This document shows positions 40,057 to 49,526 of a stretch of DNA of 64,000 nt, piece by piece. Source of the stretch: Nitrospirota bacterium. GTDB lineage: Bacteria > Nitrospirota > Thermodesulfovibrionia > Thermodesulfovibrionales > JdFR-86. Every line of letters starts with the position of its first letter. Position 1 is the first letter of the stretch. Made by a program: the position numbers and the translations under genes. The stretch lies in assembly GCA_963721805.1 (NCBI GenBank), contig CAVRJY010000001.1, positions 1,248,001-1,312,000 of the forward strand. The letters run 5' to 3'. The notes beneath the pieces are model-generated. The model did no database searches. It was not told the DNA's origin and was given only the letters and a program-made list of their open reading frames with translations.

Positions 40057-41694
40057 CTAGACGGTCACCTCAACCGGCACGTTCTCGCCAAGGATCGCCT
40101 TGAGGTCCTCATCCGGCGTGGTGATCGGCTTGATCCCGTAATTGTCGACGAGCACCTTAAGCACGTTAGGCGTGATGAAGGCCGGGAGCGTCGGGCCGAG
40201 CCTTATGTCCTTAATGCCCAGATGCAGCAGAGTAAGCAGAATCGCGACGGCCTTCTGCTCGTACCACGAGAGTATCATCGAGAGCGGAAGCTCGTTTACG
40301 CCCACGCCGAAGGCCTCCGAGAGCGCGAGCGCGATCCTGATGGCCGAGTACGCGTCGTTGCACTGCCCGATGTCGAGCAGGCGCGGTATGCCGCCTATGC
40401 TGCCGAGGTCGCGGTCGAAGAACCTGAACTTGCCGCACGCGAGCGTCAGGACCATGCAGTCGCCCGGCACCTTCTCGACGAACTCGGTGTAGTAGTTTCT
40501 GCCGGGCTTGTTCCCGTCGCAGCCGCCTACGAGGAAGAAGTGGCGGATCTTCTTGCCCTTCACGGCCTCAATCACCTTGTCCGCTACGCCTAAGACCGCG
40601 TTGCGCGCAAACCCGGTCATCACGGTCTTGCCGGGGACTTCGGAGGCATATCCCGGCAGCTCCAGCGCCCTCTTGATCGCGGGCGAAAAATCATAACCCT
40701 CGATGTGCGGCACGCCGGGCCACTGCACCGGGCCTGAGGTGAAGATATTGGCGTGGTACTTCTCGACCGGCTTCTGGATGCAGTTGGTCGTCATCACGAT
40801 GGCGCCGGGGAAGGCCGCGAACTCGCGCTGCTGGTTCTGCCACGCGGTGCCGTAATGCCCCGCGAGGTGCCGGTATTTCTTGAGCCCCGGATAGGCGTGG
40901 CATGGGAGCATCTCGCCGTGCGTATAGACGTTGATGCCCTTGCCCTCGGTTTGTTTTAGTATTTCTTCGAGGTCGCGCAGGTCGTGGCCCGAGACGAGCA
41001 GGGCCTTCCCCTTGCGCGCGCCCAGCGATACGCTGGTAGGCTCGGGGTGGCCGTAAGTGCCGGTGTTGGCCTCGTCGAGGAGTTCCATCACGCGGAAGTT
41101 GGCCTCGCCGCACCTTAGAGCGAGCCCGACCCAGTCGTTCAGCGTAAGCGAGCGGTCGAGCATCGCGGAGAGCGCCTCTTCCATATAGGCATAGACCGTG
41201 GCGTCCTCGCGGCCGAGGGTGCGGGCGTGGTGGGCATATGCCGCAACACCCTTAAGCCCGTACATCGTCGTGTGGATCAGCGAGCGGACGTCAGCGTCGT
41301 CGTTGATCGTTGTGATCGCCGAACTCGGGGCTGCCGCGAGCACCTCGGACTTGGTCGCCTTGGGAGAGAGGAACGTGACGCCGGAGGGAAGGGTGACGTC
41401 GGCCTTCGCCGCGAGCGACTCGCGCAGCGCCGAGGCGCGGTTGACCATAGTGACGAAGGAGTCCTCGTCAAAGTTCACGTTAGTAAGCGTGCTGAAGAGC
41501 GCGTCGGCCACGAACGCGTCCACCACGGGCTCGGTGATCCCGCGCCTGCGGGCCTCGTTCGCCACATACGCCAGGCCCCTGAGTTCGTGCTCGAGCACGT
41601 CCTGCGTCTCGGCGACCTCTGGCTTCTTGCCGCATACGCCCACCTTGTCACAGCCGGTCCCCTTCAGCGTCTGCTCGCATTGGTAACAAAACAT
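40057..41694 (-). CDS. hcp: Hybrid cluster protein (hydroxylamine reductase)
   Basis: MFCYQCEQT...GC...GVCGK, SGHDL, YTHGEMLP, GGCDG, GQCND, SWYEQKA. Confidence 0.98.
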   Translation of the reverse strand: MFCYQCEQTLKGTGCDKVGVCGKKPEVAETQDVLEHELRGLAYVANEARRRGITEPVVDAFVADALFSTLTNVNFDEDSFVTMVNRASALRESLAAKADVTLPSGVTFLSPKATKSEVLAAAPSSAITTINDDADVRSLIHTTMYGLKGVAAYAHHARTLGREDATVYAYMEEALSAMLDRSLTLNDWVGLALRCGEANFRVMELLDEANTGTYGHPEPTSVSLGARKGKALLVSGHDLRDLEEILKQTEGKGINVYTHGEMLPCHAYPGLKKYRHLAGHYGTAWQNQQREFAAFPGAIVMTTNCIQKPVEKYHANIFTSGPVQWPGVPHIEGYDFSPAIKRALELPGYASEVPGKTVMTGFARNAVLGVADKVIEAVKGKKIRHFFLVGGCDGNKPGRNYYTEFVEKVPGDCMVLTLACGKFRFFDRDLGSIGGIPRLLDIGQCNDAYSAIRIALALSEAFGVGVNELPLSMILSWYEQKAVAILLTLLHLGIKDIRLGPTLPAFITPNVLKVLVDNYGIKPITTPDEDLKAILGENVPVEVTV

Positions 41695-41773
41695 TTTCTC
41701 GTCCTCCTGTTATCGTTTGTGGACCTTTTCGATCCTGTTAATCAATGGTAGCCGACGGCGCAGGGTGATATCC

Positions 41774-41787
41774 CTGACTCAAATCAT
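41774..41787. promoter_or_regulatory. Possible Crp/Fnr-family (HcpR/Dnr-like) site upstream of hcp
   Basis: CTGAC-TCAA-ATCAT resembles TTGAY-N4-RTCAA, ~80 bp upstream of the hcp start. Confidence 0.45.
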
Positions 41788-41867
41788 AGTTTTCACTTTT
41801 CCCGCGAAATAGATTGCGGCTCAGGGCATGGGCTGTCGTGAAAAGATATGGGCTATGCGGCTGATAC

Positions 41868-42617
41868 CTAAGTTGTGGAGCCCTCGAAGAAGCGGATAGC
41901 ATTCAGCAATTCAGGGAAATTGTAGATAATATAGTCGGGTTCAACGCCTTTGTATTCCTGAGTCCCCTGGTTTGACTTGAAAAATACCGTCTTGATACCT
42001 AGTTCCCTTGCCCCGTATATATCGCGGTACATGTCGTTGCCCACGAACAGGACCTCCGACGGCCCCAGGTTTATCGCGGTCATCGAGGCTTCGAACATGC
42101 GCCTGTCCGGCTTGCGGTAACCCAGGTCGCCAGAGACCGTGACCGATTCGAAATAGCCTGAGAGGCCCACGGCGTTAAGCTCGGCCAAGGCGTATGCCGA
42201 CTGGCCGTCGGATATCGCAGCCAGGCGATACTTCGGGATCAATTGTTTGATGGTGTCCATCACGCCCGGATAGGGCTTCAGCCTGAAGCGCGATGCGGCA
42301 CGATACACCTCCGCAAGAAAAAGCGGAAGCTGCTCGAGCTTTCCGGCTGACATGCCATGCGTATAATCCGTCGAGTATCTCGCTATGATATTGCGAAAAA
42401 TGCCGACCGCGTCAAACTCGGGATGGCGCTCGTCGCTTAAGGCACGCTGTTGCTTCATGATCTGGAAATACGATTCCTTTACCGCGTTTGGGGTAAGGAA
42501 TATCCCCTGATAGGAAAGCAGGTTGCTGATGACGCGATAGACATCGTCGTGCATCTCGTTGGTATTGATATCCGTCAGCGTCCCGTTAATGTCAAAAATA
42601 ATTCCCCTTACGATCAT
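41868..42617 (-). CDS. HAD-family hydrolase
   Basis: IIFDINGTL (motif I variant), ISDG, RKPD, FVGNDMYRDI. Confidence 0.88.
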   Translation of the reverse strand: MIVRGIIFDINGTLTDINTNEMHDDVYRVISNLLSYQGIFLTPNAVKESYFQIMKQQRALSDERHPEFDAVGIFRNIIARYSTDYTHGMSAGKLEQLPLFLAEVYRAASRFRLKPYPGVMDTIKQLIPKYRLAAISDGQSAYALAELNAVGLSGYFESVTVSGDLGYRKPDRRMFEASMTAINLGPSEVLFVGNDMYRDIYGARELGIKTVFFKSNQGTQEYKGVEPDYIIYNFPELLNAIRFFEGSTT

Positions 42618-43627
42618 CAATACCTCCTCAGGCATCCCTTTGCTACATCTATGAGGCGGCGGCGGTATTCCGGATCGACCCAGCTGTTTCGTGAGATACG
42701 CAGCAGCGTGATGCCAATATAGAACTGCATCCTGCCGGTTATGGATTTGAAAGCGCTTTCGCGGTCCGGGAAGTGGCAGGCGTATTCCCACAGAAAGTGA
42801 CCGATAAAAGGATCGGCGGCACATTTATTGCCCGTGGCGCGCATGAAGAAATGTTTTAGCTCGCCCGCGATGCGCCCCGTGTCGAAAACGCGGTCCGCGC
42901 GCTTGGTCCTCTCCAGGTCGAATGCGATCACGTTTAGTCCGTCACCGAACATGAAATTCTCGGGGGTCGCGTCTCCGTGCACGAGCACCTTCTGGTCCTC
43001 CCACATCCGGGGCTGGTTGCGCCACTGGTCGCGCAGCCAATAGAGTTCATTGGCTTCATCCCAGCGGATCGCCTTGATTTCAAGCAGCCTGTTAATCAGC
43101 AGGTCCATATAATCGCAGTCCTGGTTGAAGTTTACCCCTACGCCAAAGGCAGTCCGGTTGTGAAAGGCCGACAGAAAATAAGCCAGTGCCGTAAGTTTAC
43201 CATTGAGGTAGCCCGGATCGCCGCCCCTGAGCACGGACTCTATCACTTCGCTCAGCAGTTCGCCTTCGCAATGCTCGGTGACCAGCAGGGCATTCAGCGA
43301 ATAGTTGCGCCCAAGCGGCCTGACAACGTGGTGAGGATAGCCCGACATCCCGTAATCCCTCATAAGGTTCAGGTTGTCGTACTCGCTCGTCAGGCGTGAA
43401 AATGCCTTCTTCGAGTCCCACTTCCGCGACGATAGAAAGAACTTGCCGACGACCTTCACCCCGGTGCTCCTGTCCTCATACAGGTATACGTCATTGGACC
43501 CGTGCAGCCTGAAGACCCTGTATGTAACATGGCCTGTCGAGCCGTTAATAAGCGGCTGGATATCATACTGAAGATAACCGTGCATCGGATCGTTCTCCGG
43601 CAGGTGGCCAAGGTAACGTTTACTCAT
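42617..43627 (-). CDS. Aminoglycoside phosphotransferase (APH)-family kinase
   Basis: VVGKFF, LVHGDATPEN, AFDLE; TGATG overlap with the HAD gene. Confidence 0.85.
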   Translation of the reverse strand: MSKRYLGHLPENDPMHGYLQYDIQPLINGSTGHVTYRVFRLHGSNDVYLYEDRSTGVKVVGKFFLSSRKWDSKKAFSRLTSEYDNLNLMRDYGMSGYPHHVVRPLGRNYSLNALLVTEHCEGELLSEVIESVLRGGDPGYLNGKLTALAYFLSAFHNRTAFGVGVNFNQDCDYMDLLINRLLEIKAIRWDEANELYWLRDQWRNQPRMWEDQKVLVHGDATPENFMFGDGLNVIAFDLERTKRADRVFDTGRIAGELKHFFMRATGNKCAADPFIGHFLWEYACHFPDRESAFKSITGRMQFYIGITLLRISRNSWVDPEYRRRLIDVAKGCLRRY

Positions 43628-43887
43628 TGTTTGGTATTTCTCGCATCCAACATGATATCACCTTTCAGCTCGCCTCGCGGAGGCGACATTGTTCAGGGCG
43701 CTACTTGGGAAGGCCATTTAAGGCGGCGCCGGAAGGTCCTGCCAATTTTCAGGTTCAAATAGCCTATCGGCTTGTTGTGTGATAAGATCTGAAAAATACC
43801 ATGGGACATGGCAGACCGCGATCTCTGTCAGTACAGATATCGAGGCAAACGCGCTTATGGGGCCGTTATCAGAAAAGAGGAGAAGAC

Positions 43888-44127
43888 ATGAAGAGGCTGG
43901 GTTGGCTGATTATAGCCATTGCCATGATGATGGCATGTTCAGGCTGTTTTTGGGGCGGGTATGGGGGAGAGGGCTACCCCGATAACGGCGGGTACTATGA
44001 AAGCCCCGGGGGCGGTGGATTCGAGGGCGGTGAGCGCAGGGGCGGCGAGGGCGGACATGAAGGTGGCGAAGGCGGCGAGCACGAAGGCGGCGGCGAGGGC
44101 GGACACGAAGGCGGCGAAGGCCGTTGA
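43888..44127 (+). CDS. Small Gly/Glu/His-rich putative lipoprotein
   Basis: GAGGAG RBS; MKRLGWLIIAIAMMMACSGC lipobox-like; (GGEGGHE) repeats. Confidence 0.75.
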   Translation: MKRLGWLIIAIAMMMACSGCFWGGYGGEGYPDNGGYYESPGGGGFEGGERRGGEGGHEGGEGGEHEGGGEGGHEGGEGR

Positions 44128-44191
44128 TGCGATCAGGCCATACAGGGTGGCGAACGGGTTTCAGGCGTCTGCACAATAATAAGGAGGATTT

Positions 44192-44350
44192 ATGAAAAGG
44201 CTGGCAGGTCTCTTTATCATCATTATTCTGATGTCGGTGTGTAGCGGGTGCTGGTGGGGCTGGGGCCCCGATCGCGGAGGCCGTGAAGGCGGCGGCTATG
44301 ATCGCGGCGGAAGCCATGAAGGCGGCGGAAGTCACGAAGAGCGTCGTTAA
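44192..44350 (+). CDS. Small Gly-rich putative lipoprotein (52 aa), paralog of the upstream gene; missed by the ORF track
   Basis: AAGGAGG RBS; MKRLAGLFIIIILMSVCSGCWWGWGPDRGGREGGGYDRGGSHEGGGSHEERR*. Confidence 0.75.
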   Translation: MKRLAGLFIIIILMSVCSGCWWGWGPDRGGREGGGYDRGGSHEGGGSHEERR

Positions 44351-44537
44351 GACGAGGTACGAACGGCAAAGCGATCTTTTTTGGCAACCGCAGGCCGTCG
44401 GGATCGAAATGGTAAGAACATGCGATGTCGGATTTCAGATATGCACATGATGACTATATCAACGGGGGTCTCATGATGCAAACGATAACGATGACGCAGA
44501 CGTTCATACATATAGCAGAACAGGAGGGTTGATGATC

Positions 44538-46241
44538 ATGAAGTGGTTTAACGTTCGAGAGGTTTTCTTCTTAATCCTGTGTGTTTTTGTAATTACAGGA
44601 TGCGGCAAGGGCTCAGGCAGCAGCAGCGGACATTGGAAAGAAGGGGATACCGACAGGCCCTTCGTGGTCAGCGTAACCCCTCTCGATGGTGCCGTTGAAG
44701 TCGCACTTGACACGACAGTCTCCGCAAGATTCAACGAAGCGATGAGACACTCGACGATCGACGGCTCGACATTTACGTTAATGCACGGGTTTACGACTGT
44801 TTCAGGCGACGTGACCTATTCCGGCGTAACCGCGGTCTTTACGCCGACAAGCCCTCTTATAGCCAACACCGTCTACACCGCCACCGTTACAACCGGGGCC
44901 AAAGACGTCAATAACAATGCGCTGGCAAGTGACTATGTTTGGAGCTTTACAACGGCCAGTGGCCCGGTCGTGGTCCTGACGGTCCCGATCAATAATGCCG
45001 TAGATGTCCCACTAAACACGGAAGTTACCGCGACCTTCAACGAGGCAATGAAAAGCTCGTCGATCACAGGCTTAACGTTTACCCTGTTTAATGGCCCAAC
45101 TCAAGTGACAGGCGCAGTGAGCTACTCCGGGCTGACCGCGACCTTCTTGCCGGACAATCCGCTTATAGCCAACACCGTCTATACCGGCACGATTACAACC
45201 GGGGCCCAGGACCTTGCAAGCATTCATCTCACAAGCAACTATAGCTGGAACTTTACGACAGGTTTTACCAACGATACTGATGCGCCCTTCGTAAATTCCA
45301 CAGACCCTGGCAACGGCGGCATAGAAGTGGCTATCACTAACAGCGTGTTCGCGATCTTCAACGAACCGATGGCCCCTTCATCGATCAACACGACGACTTT
45401 TACCCTGTTTGTTGATAGCGGACCACAAGTTACAGGAACAGTGACCTACGCCGGTCTGACAGGGGTTTTCAAGCCAAACAGCCCGCTCATAGCCAACACC
45501 CTATATGACGCCGAGATTACGACCGGTGCCACGGACCTCGCGGGCAATCCGCTGGCGAGCAATTACGACTGGAGCTTTACGACAGGTTCAGCACTCATAG
45601 TCGGCCCAATATTCCTTGGTTCGGCGGCCAGTTATGGGATCATGGCAACTGCCGCGATTACGAGTGCCGGAACCAATGGCACCGATATAAACGGGGATGT
45701 TTCGTTAGACCCGGGTACTTCGATGACCGGATTCCCGCCTGGAATAGTAAACGGAGCGATACACATAAATGACACAGAGTCCGCGCTGGCAAGGGCCGAC
45801 CTGCTGGTCGCGTATAACACCGCCAAGGGCCTGCCGCCTGGACACACCATCTCCGCCGGTGCGGACCTGGGTGCGCTGTATCCTTTGGGTATCCCTCCTG
45901 GCACCTATACGTCCGGCAGCACGATGCTGGTCTCGACCCCGCTTACTTTGACGGCGGGGGCAACGATAATGCCGTCTGGGTCTTCCAGATCGGCTCCTCG
46001 CTGACTACTGGGGCCAGTCTTACGCTGATTAACGGCGCTCATGCCAAGAACATATTCTGGGTTCCTACTGCCGATGCGACCATAGGGGTAGGCACTACCT
46101 TCTATGGAACCATAGTGGCCGGAAGGGATGTGACTGCCGTGACTGGCGCCATCGATAAACGGCAGGATCTTGGCCGGAGCGATCACCGCCGGCACGGTTG
46201 CTATGCAGGATAACACGGTAGTTAACGTACCTGCCCCGTAA
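44538..46241 (+). pseudogene. Lipoprotein with three Ig-like (Big_5) repeats and a C-terminal DUF3494 ice-binding-like domain, with two compensating frameshifts
   Basis: ITGC lipobox; 3x (FNEAM...PLIANT.Y...TTGA.D...Y.WSFTT); LGSAASYGIMA, PGTY; NAVWVFQIGSSLTT...AKNIFWVP lies in a shifted frame between ~45950 and ~46152. Confidence 0.85.
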
Positions 46242-46398
46242 GGCGTGAGATCGTGAAAGCGTGCGATTGGAGAGACAGGCCGATATTCATGCTTTGGCCT
46301 GTCTCTCCCCCTCCTCGCTTTAGCGGCTGGTTTTGATATCATGCGCGGCTTTTTGGACATGCTGCTGCAAAGAGCAGCAATATAAAGGAGGACATGAG

Positions 46399-46983
46399 AT
46401 GAAAATGATTTTCCGTGTAGCGCTTATGGTGGCTACCGTTATTCTGCTCCTTCCCTTGGCCGCCCGCGCTGAGATAAAGGCAGGCAGCTTTGAGGTGGAG
46501 CCGTTCGCGGGGTACAATTTTTTCGAACACGGGCAGAACCTGCAAGACTACCTGATCTATGGCGGGCGGGTTGGCTATAACTTCACGAGGTACTTCGGCA
46601 TGGAAGGCGTCGTGGAATATATGCAGAGCCGTGTTGATGACAGGTCAATAAGGGGCAACAAGGAAGGGCAGTTCAGAAGCCCGATCAATCATGTATACCT
46701 TACCATGTATCATCTCGATGCCGTCTATCACCCCTTGCCAGATAGCAGTTTCAACCCCTTTATCGTTGCGGGTATCGGAGGGCTGCACTATCATCCATCG
46801 ATATCGCACGGCGACATGCCCGCTTTTAATGTCGGCATAGGCGCTAAATACTGGGTGACGGACAATATCGCGCTCAGGGTCGATGTCAGGGACTATGTCG
46901 TCACCGAGATTTTCCACGATTCCTACAATAACCTTGCAGTTACCGCTGGAATAACTTATGCGTTCGGCGGTAAGGCAAAGTGA
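46399..46983 (+). CDS. Outer-membrane beta-barrel protein (OmpA-like transmembrane domain)
   Basis: Signal peptide; YGGRVGYNF, FNPFIVAGIG, GIGAKY, ALRVDVR, C-terminal TYAF. Confidence 0.85.
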   Translation: MKMIFRVALMVATVILLLPLAARAEIKAGSFEVEPFAGYNFFEHGQNLQDYLIYGGRVGYNFTRYFGMEGVVEYMQSRVDDRSIRGNKEGQFRSPINHVYLTMYHLDAVYHPLPDSSFNPFIVAGIGGLHYHPSISHGDMPAFNVGIGAKYWVTDNIALRVDVRDYVVTEIFHDSYNNLAVTAGITYAFGGKAK

Positions 46984-47069
46984 GCCAGGAGTATGCAGCA
47001 AAGAGGCCTGAAAGACGTCTTACGTTGATCCGGGCCTTCTTCAAAAAATAGGTTTAAGGAGATAACACG

Positions 47070-47846
47070 ATGAGCAAGAGAGCAATCTATTTTTTAGCGC
47101 TGATGGTGGCGGTTATAGCGCTGTTAGCGACCGGTGTGCCCGTGTTCGCGGCTGACACGGATAGCCGTATCGAGTCATCCGCAAAGCAGTCGTACGCGTT
47201 CAAGACCTATCTGAAGGATGATGACATCAAGGTCGAGTCTAAAAAAGGCGTTGTTACCCTGACCGGGACCGTCGCGAACGAATACCACAAGTCCCTGGCC
47301 AAGGATACCGTGGAGAGCCTGCCCGGCGTAAAGAGTGTGGACAACAGGCTTGAACTCAAGGCCGAATCCCCCGCCACGAACTCGGATGAATGGCTCGCGG
47401 ACAAGGTGAAGGCTACCCTGCTGTTTCATCGAAGCGTGAGCGCCACCAATACGGAAGTCAGCGCCAAAGACGGCGTTGTGACCCTGCGCGGCAATGCCGA
47501 CAGCCAGGCGCAAAAGGAATTGACGTCCGAATACGCGGCGGATGTCGAGGGAGTCAAAAGTGTCGATAATGAGCTGAACGTGCCCGGCACGGCCCCGACT
47601 GCCCCGGAACCGGCGTTCCATTCGGCTGGCGAACAGATCGATGACGCCTCGATAACCGGCCAGGTCAAGATGGCGCTGCTGCTGCATCGCTCCACCAGCG
47701 CCCTGCACACCAGCGTAAAGACGAATCACGGCAATGTCACTGTAAGCGGCAGGGCCGCAAACAACGCCGAAAAGGACCTCGTGACCAAGCTCGTCAATGA
47801 CGTGCCCGGCGTCAAGAGCGTAAACAACAGGATGACCACCAAGTAG
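47070..47846 (+). CDS. Triple BON-domain protein (OsmY-like)
   Basis: Signal peptide; three GVVTL.G...GVKSV.N repeats. Confidence 0.92.
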   Translation: MSKRAIYFLALMVAVIALLATGVPVFAADTDSRIESSAKQSYAFKTYLKDDDIKVESKKGVVTLTGTVANEYHKSLAKDTVESLPGVKSVDNRLELKAESPATNSDEWLADKVKATLLFHRSVSATNTEVSAKDGVVTLRGNADSQAQKELTSEYAADVEGVKSVDNELNVPGTAPTAPEPAFHSAGEQIDDASITGQVKMALLLHRSTSALHTSVKTNHGNVTVSGRAANNAEKDLVTKLVNDVPGVKSVNNRMTTK

Positions 47847-47927
47847 CTTTGGGGCCATACGGAGAACGTAGTGTACACGGCAAGGGGCCTGAAAAACGTC
47901 TTGCACAGCTAAGGCAGGAGGACTGAG

Positions 47928-48245
47928 ATGAAGAAGGTCATTTTATTGTCAGTGTTGGCGGCTTTTGTAGCTGCCATGTTTGCGGGCTGCGCCGCCACGC
48001 GCACGAAAGAAAGCACCGGCGGGTATGTTGACGACTCGGCCATTACGGCGAAGGTCAAGGCCGATCTGGTAAGAGACCCCGTGACGAAGGCGCGCGAGAT
48101 AAGCGTCGAGACCTTCAAGGGCGTCGTACAGCTTAGCGGCTTCGTCAGTACCGACAAGGAAAAGGATAGGGCCGAGGAAATCGCGCGCTCTGTCAAGGGC
48201 GTTGTTGATGTCAAAAACAACCTCATCCTTAAGAAAGACCTGTAA
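47928..48245 (+). CDS. Single BON-domain lipoprotein
   Basis: FAGC lipobox; YVDDSAITAKVKA, GVVQLSGFV. Confidence 0.92.
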   Translation: MKKVILLSVLAAFVAAMFAGCAATRTKESTGGYVDDSAITAKVKADLVRDPVTKAREISVETFKGVVQLSGFVSTDKEKDRAEEIARSVKGVVDVKNNLILKKDL

Positions 48246-48273
48246 CAGTCGCAGAAAGGCCTATGGAGGAGAC

Positions 48274-48582
48274 ATGAAAGCTATATCGCTAGCCGTGCTG
48301 CTTATGATGCTGATGGTGACGGCATGCATAATACCGACAGGGCGCGGGGGTTTTGTTGTTGTGCCGCCGCCACTGCCGCCCATCGTGGAGATTGGACCCG
48401 ATCCATACTACTATCAGCAAGGTTATCACTATCAATACCGCGACAGCGACCACTCATGGTATTACTCTCATGACAGGAGCGGCCCGTGGTCTCCGTTGCC
48501 CAGGGACCACTACCCGAGGGAGACCAGGTTCAAGGGCAAGGGAGAAGGAAGCCATGCTCCTGGACCCGTACAGGATCGCTGA
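48274..48582 (+). CDS. Putative lipoprotein, Pro/Tyr/His-rich
   Basis: GGAGGAG RBS; VTAC lipobox; PYYYQQGYHYQY...WYYS..R.GPW. Confidence 0.75.
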   Translation: MKAISLAVLLMMLMVTACIIPTGRGGFVVVPPPLPPIVEIGPDPYYYQQGYHYQYRDSDHSWYYSHDRSGPWSPLPRDHYPRETRFKGKGEGSHAPGPVQDR

Positions 48583-48643
48583 CCTGACAATGACAGCGGC
48601 AGATAGGGGCTGACCTGCTTGCAGGTTTGGACGCCATAACCCG

Positions 48644-48680
48644 GCAGGCAAGGTCGTATTCGGCGGCCTTGCCTGCTTTT
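48644..48680 (+). terminator. Rho-independent terminator
   Basis: GCAGGCAAGGTCG/CGGCCTTGCCTGC hairpin plus TTTT. Confidence 0.75.
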
Positions 48681-48720
48681 GGATCCACATTGTGGACCAA
48701 TAATAGAAAGGGGAATTGCC

Positions 48721-48870
48721 ATGTTGTGGACTATTGCTGTAATTCTAATCATATTGTGGCTTTTGGGAATGGTGAGTTCCTACACCATGGGCGGATTCAT
48801 TCACATCCTTCTGATTATCGCGATCGTAGTCATTCTGCTTAGGGTCATCAGCGGACGACGAGCACTATAG
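48721..48870 (+). CDS. lmo0937-family small membrane protein
   Basis: MLWTIAVILIILWLLG...GGFIHILLIIAIVVILLRVISGRR. Confidence 0.88.
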   Translation: MLWTIAVILIILWLLGMVSSYTMGGFIHILLIIAIVVILLRVISGRRAL

Positions 48871-48910
48871 CTAACCATAACACGAACTTGCGAGGCGAAG
48901 GAGGAACAAG

Positions 48911-49132
48911 GTGAAATCATCCATGATGCTGGGTTTGATCCTCATTGTCGTAGGGATCGTTGCCTTTGCGTATCAAGGCATCACCTATACGACAAGGGAA
49001 AAGGTAGTTGACGTCGGGCCCATCCACATAACCTCTGACAAGACCAACACGATCCCGCTGACCCCGGTCGTAGGCGCTATCGCGATAGTGGGCGGTATAG
49101 TGCTGGTGGTCATGGGAAACAAAAAGGGCTGA
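48911..49132 (+). CDS. Small two-TM membrane protein (DUF3185-like)
   Basis: GGAGG RBS; YQGITYTTREKVVDVGPI..T. Confidence 0.8.
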   Translation: MKSSMMLGLILIVVGIVAFAYQGITYTTREKVVDVGPIHITSDKTNTIPLTPVVGAIAIVGGIVLVVMGNKKG

Positions 49133-49168
49133 TCCAAGGCAATATATCAATACAGCGAGGAGTCTAGA

Positions 49169-49459
49169 ATGAAGGATAAACGGAAGGCATACGAAGAGAA
49201 GCTCGATGCGCAGCTGGCGCAATGGAGCGCGCAGATCGATCTGCTGAAGGCCAAGGCGAACAATGCCAAGGCCGACGCGAAGATCGATTACCTCAAAACC
49301 ATAGACGCCTTGCAGCTCAAAAAGGATCAGGCCGGTGTGAAGCTGCGGGAGCTGAGGGCCGCAGGAGACGAGGCGTGGGATGATATCAAGGCGGGCGCGG
49401 AAAAGGCTTGGGATGAAGTCAAGGCAGCCTTCCACGGCGCGGCGTCAAAGTTCAAGTGA
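49169..49459 (+). CDS. Small coiled-coil putative stress protein
   Basis: AYEEKLDAQLAQW...AWDDIKAG.EKAW; GAGGAG RBS. Confidence 0.8.
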   Translation: MKDKRKAYEEKLDAQLAQWSAQIDLLKAKANNAKADAKIDYLKTIDALQLKKDQAGVKLRELRAAGDEAWDDIKAGAEKAWDEVKAAFHGAASKFK

Positions 49460-49526
49460 GCAAAGACGCCAGGCCAGGCGTGCTGGCGTTTGACACCTCT
49501 TGTTTTGTCGAAGAAAGGTGGATGCA

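Noticed and set aside
44030..44125. Short tandem repeats as a CRISPR or non-coding array
   Set aside because: They are in-frame coding repeats of a Gly/Glu-rich protein with no unique spacers.
17740..46160. Programmed frameshifting as the explanation for the four indels
   Set aside because: No slippery heptamers or long homopolymers at the sites; scattered single-base indels, including one in xseA, fit assembly error or drift better.
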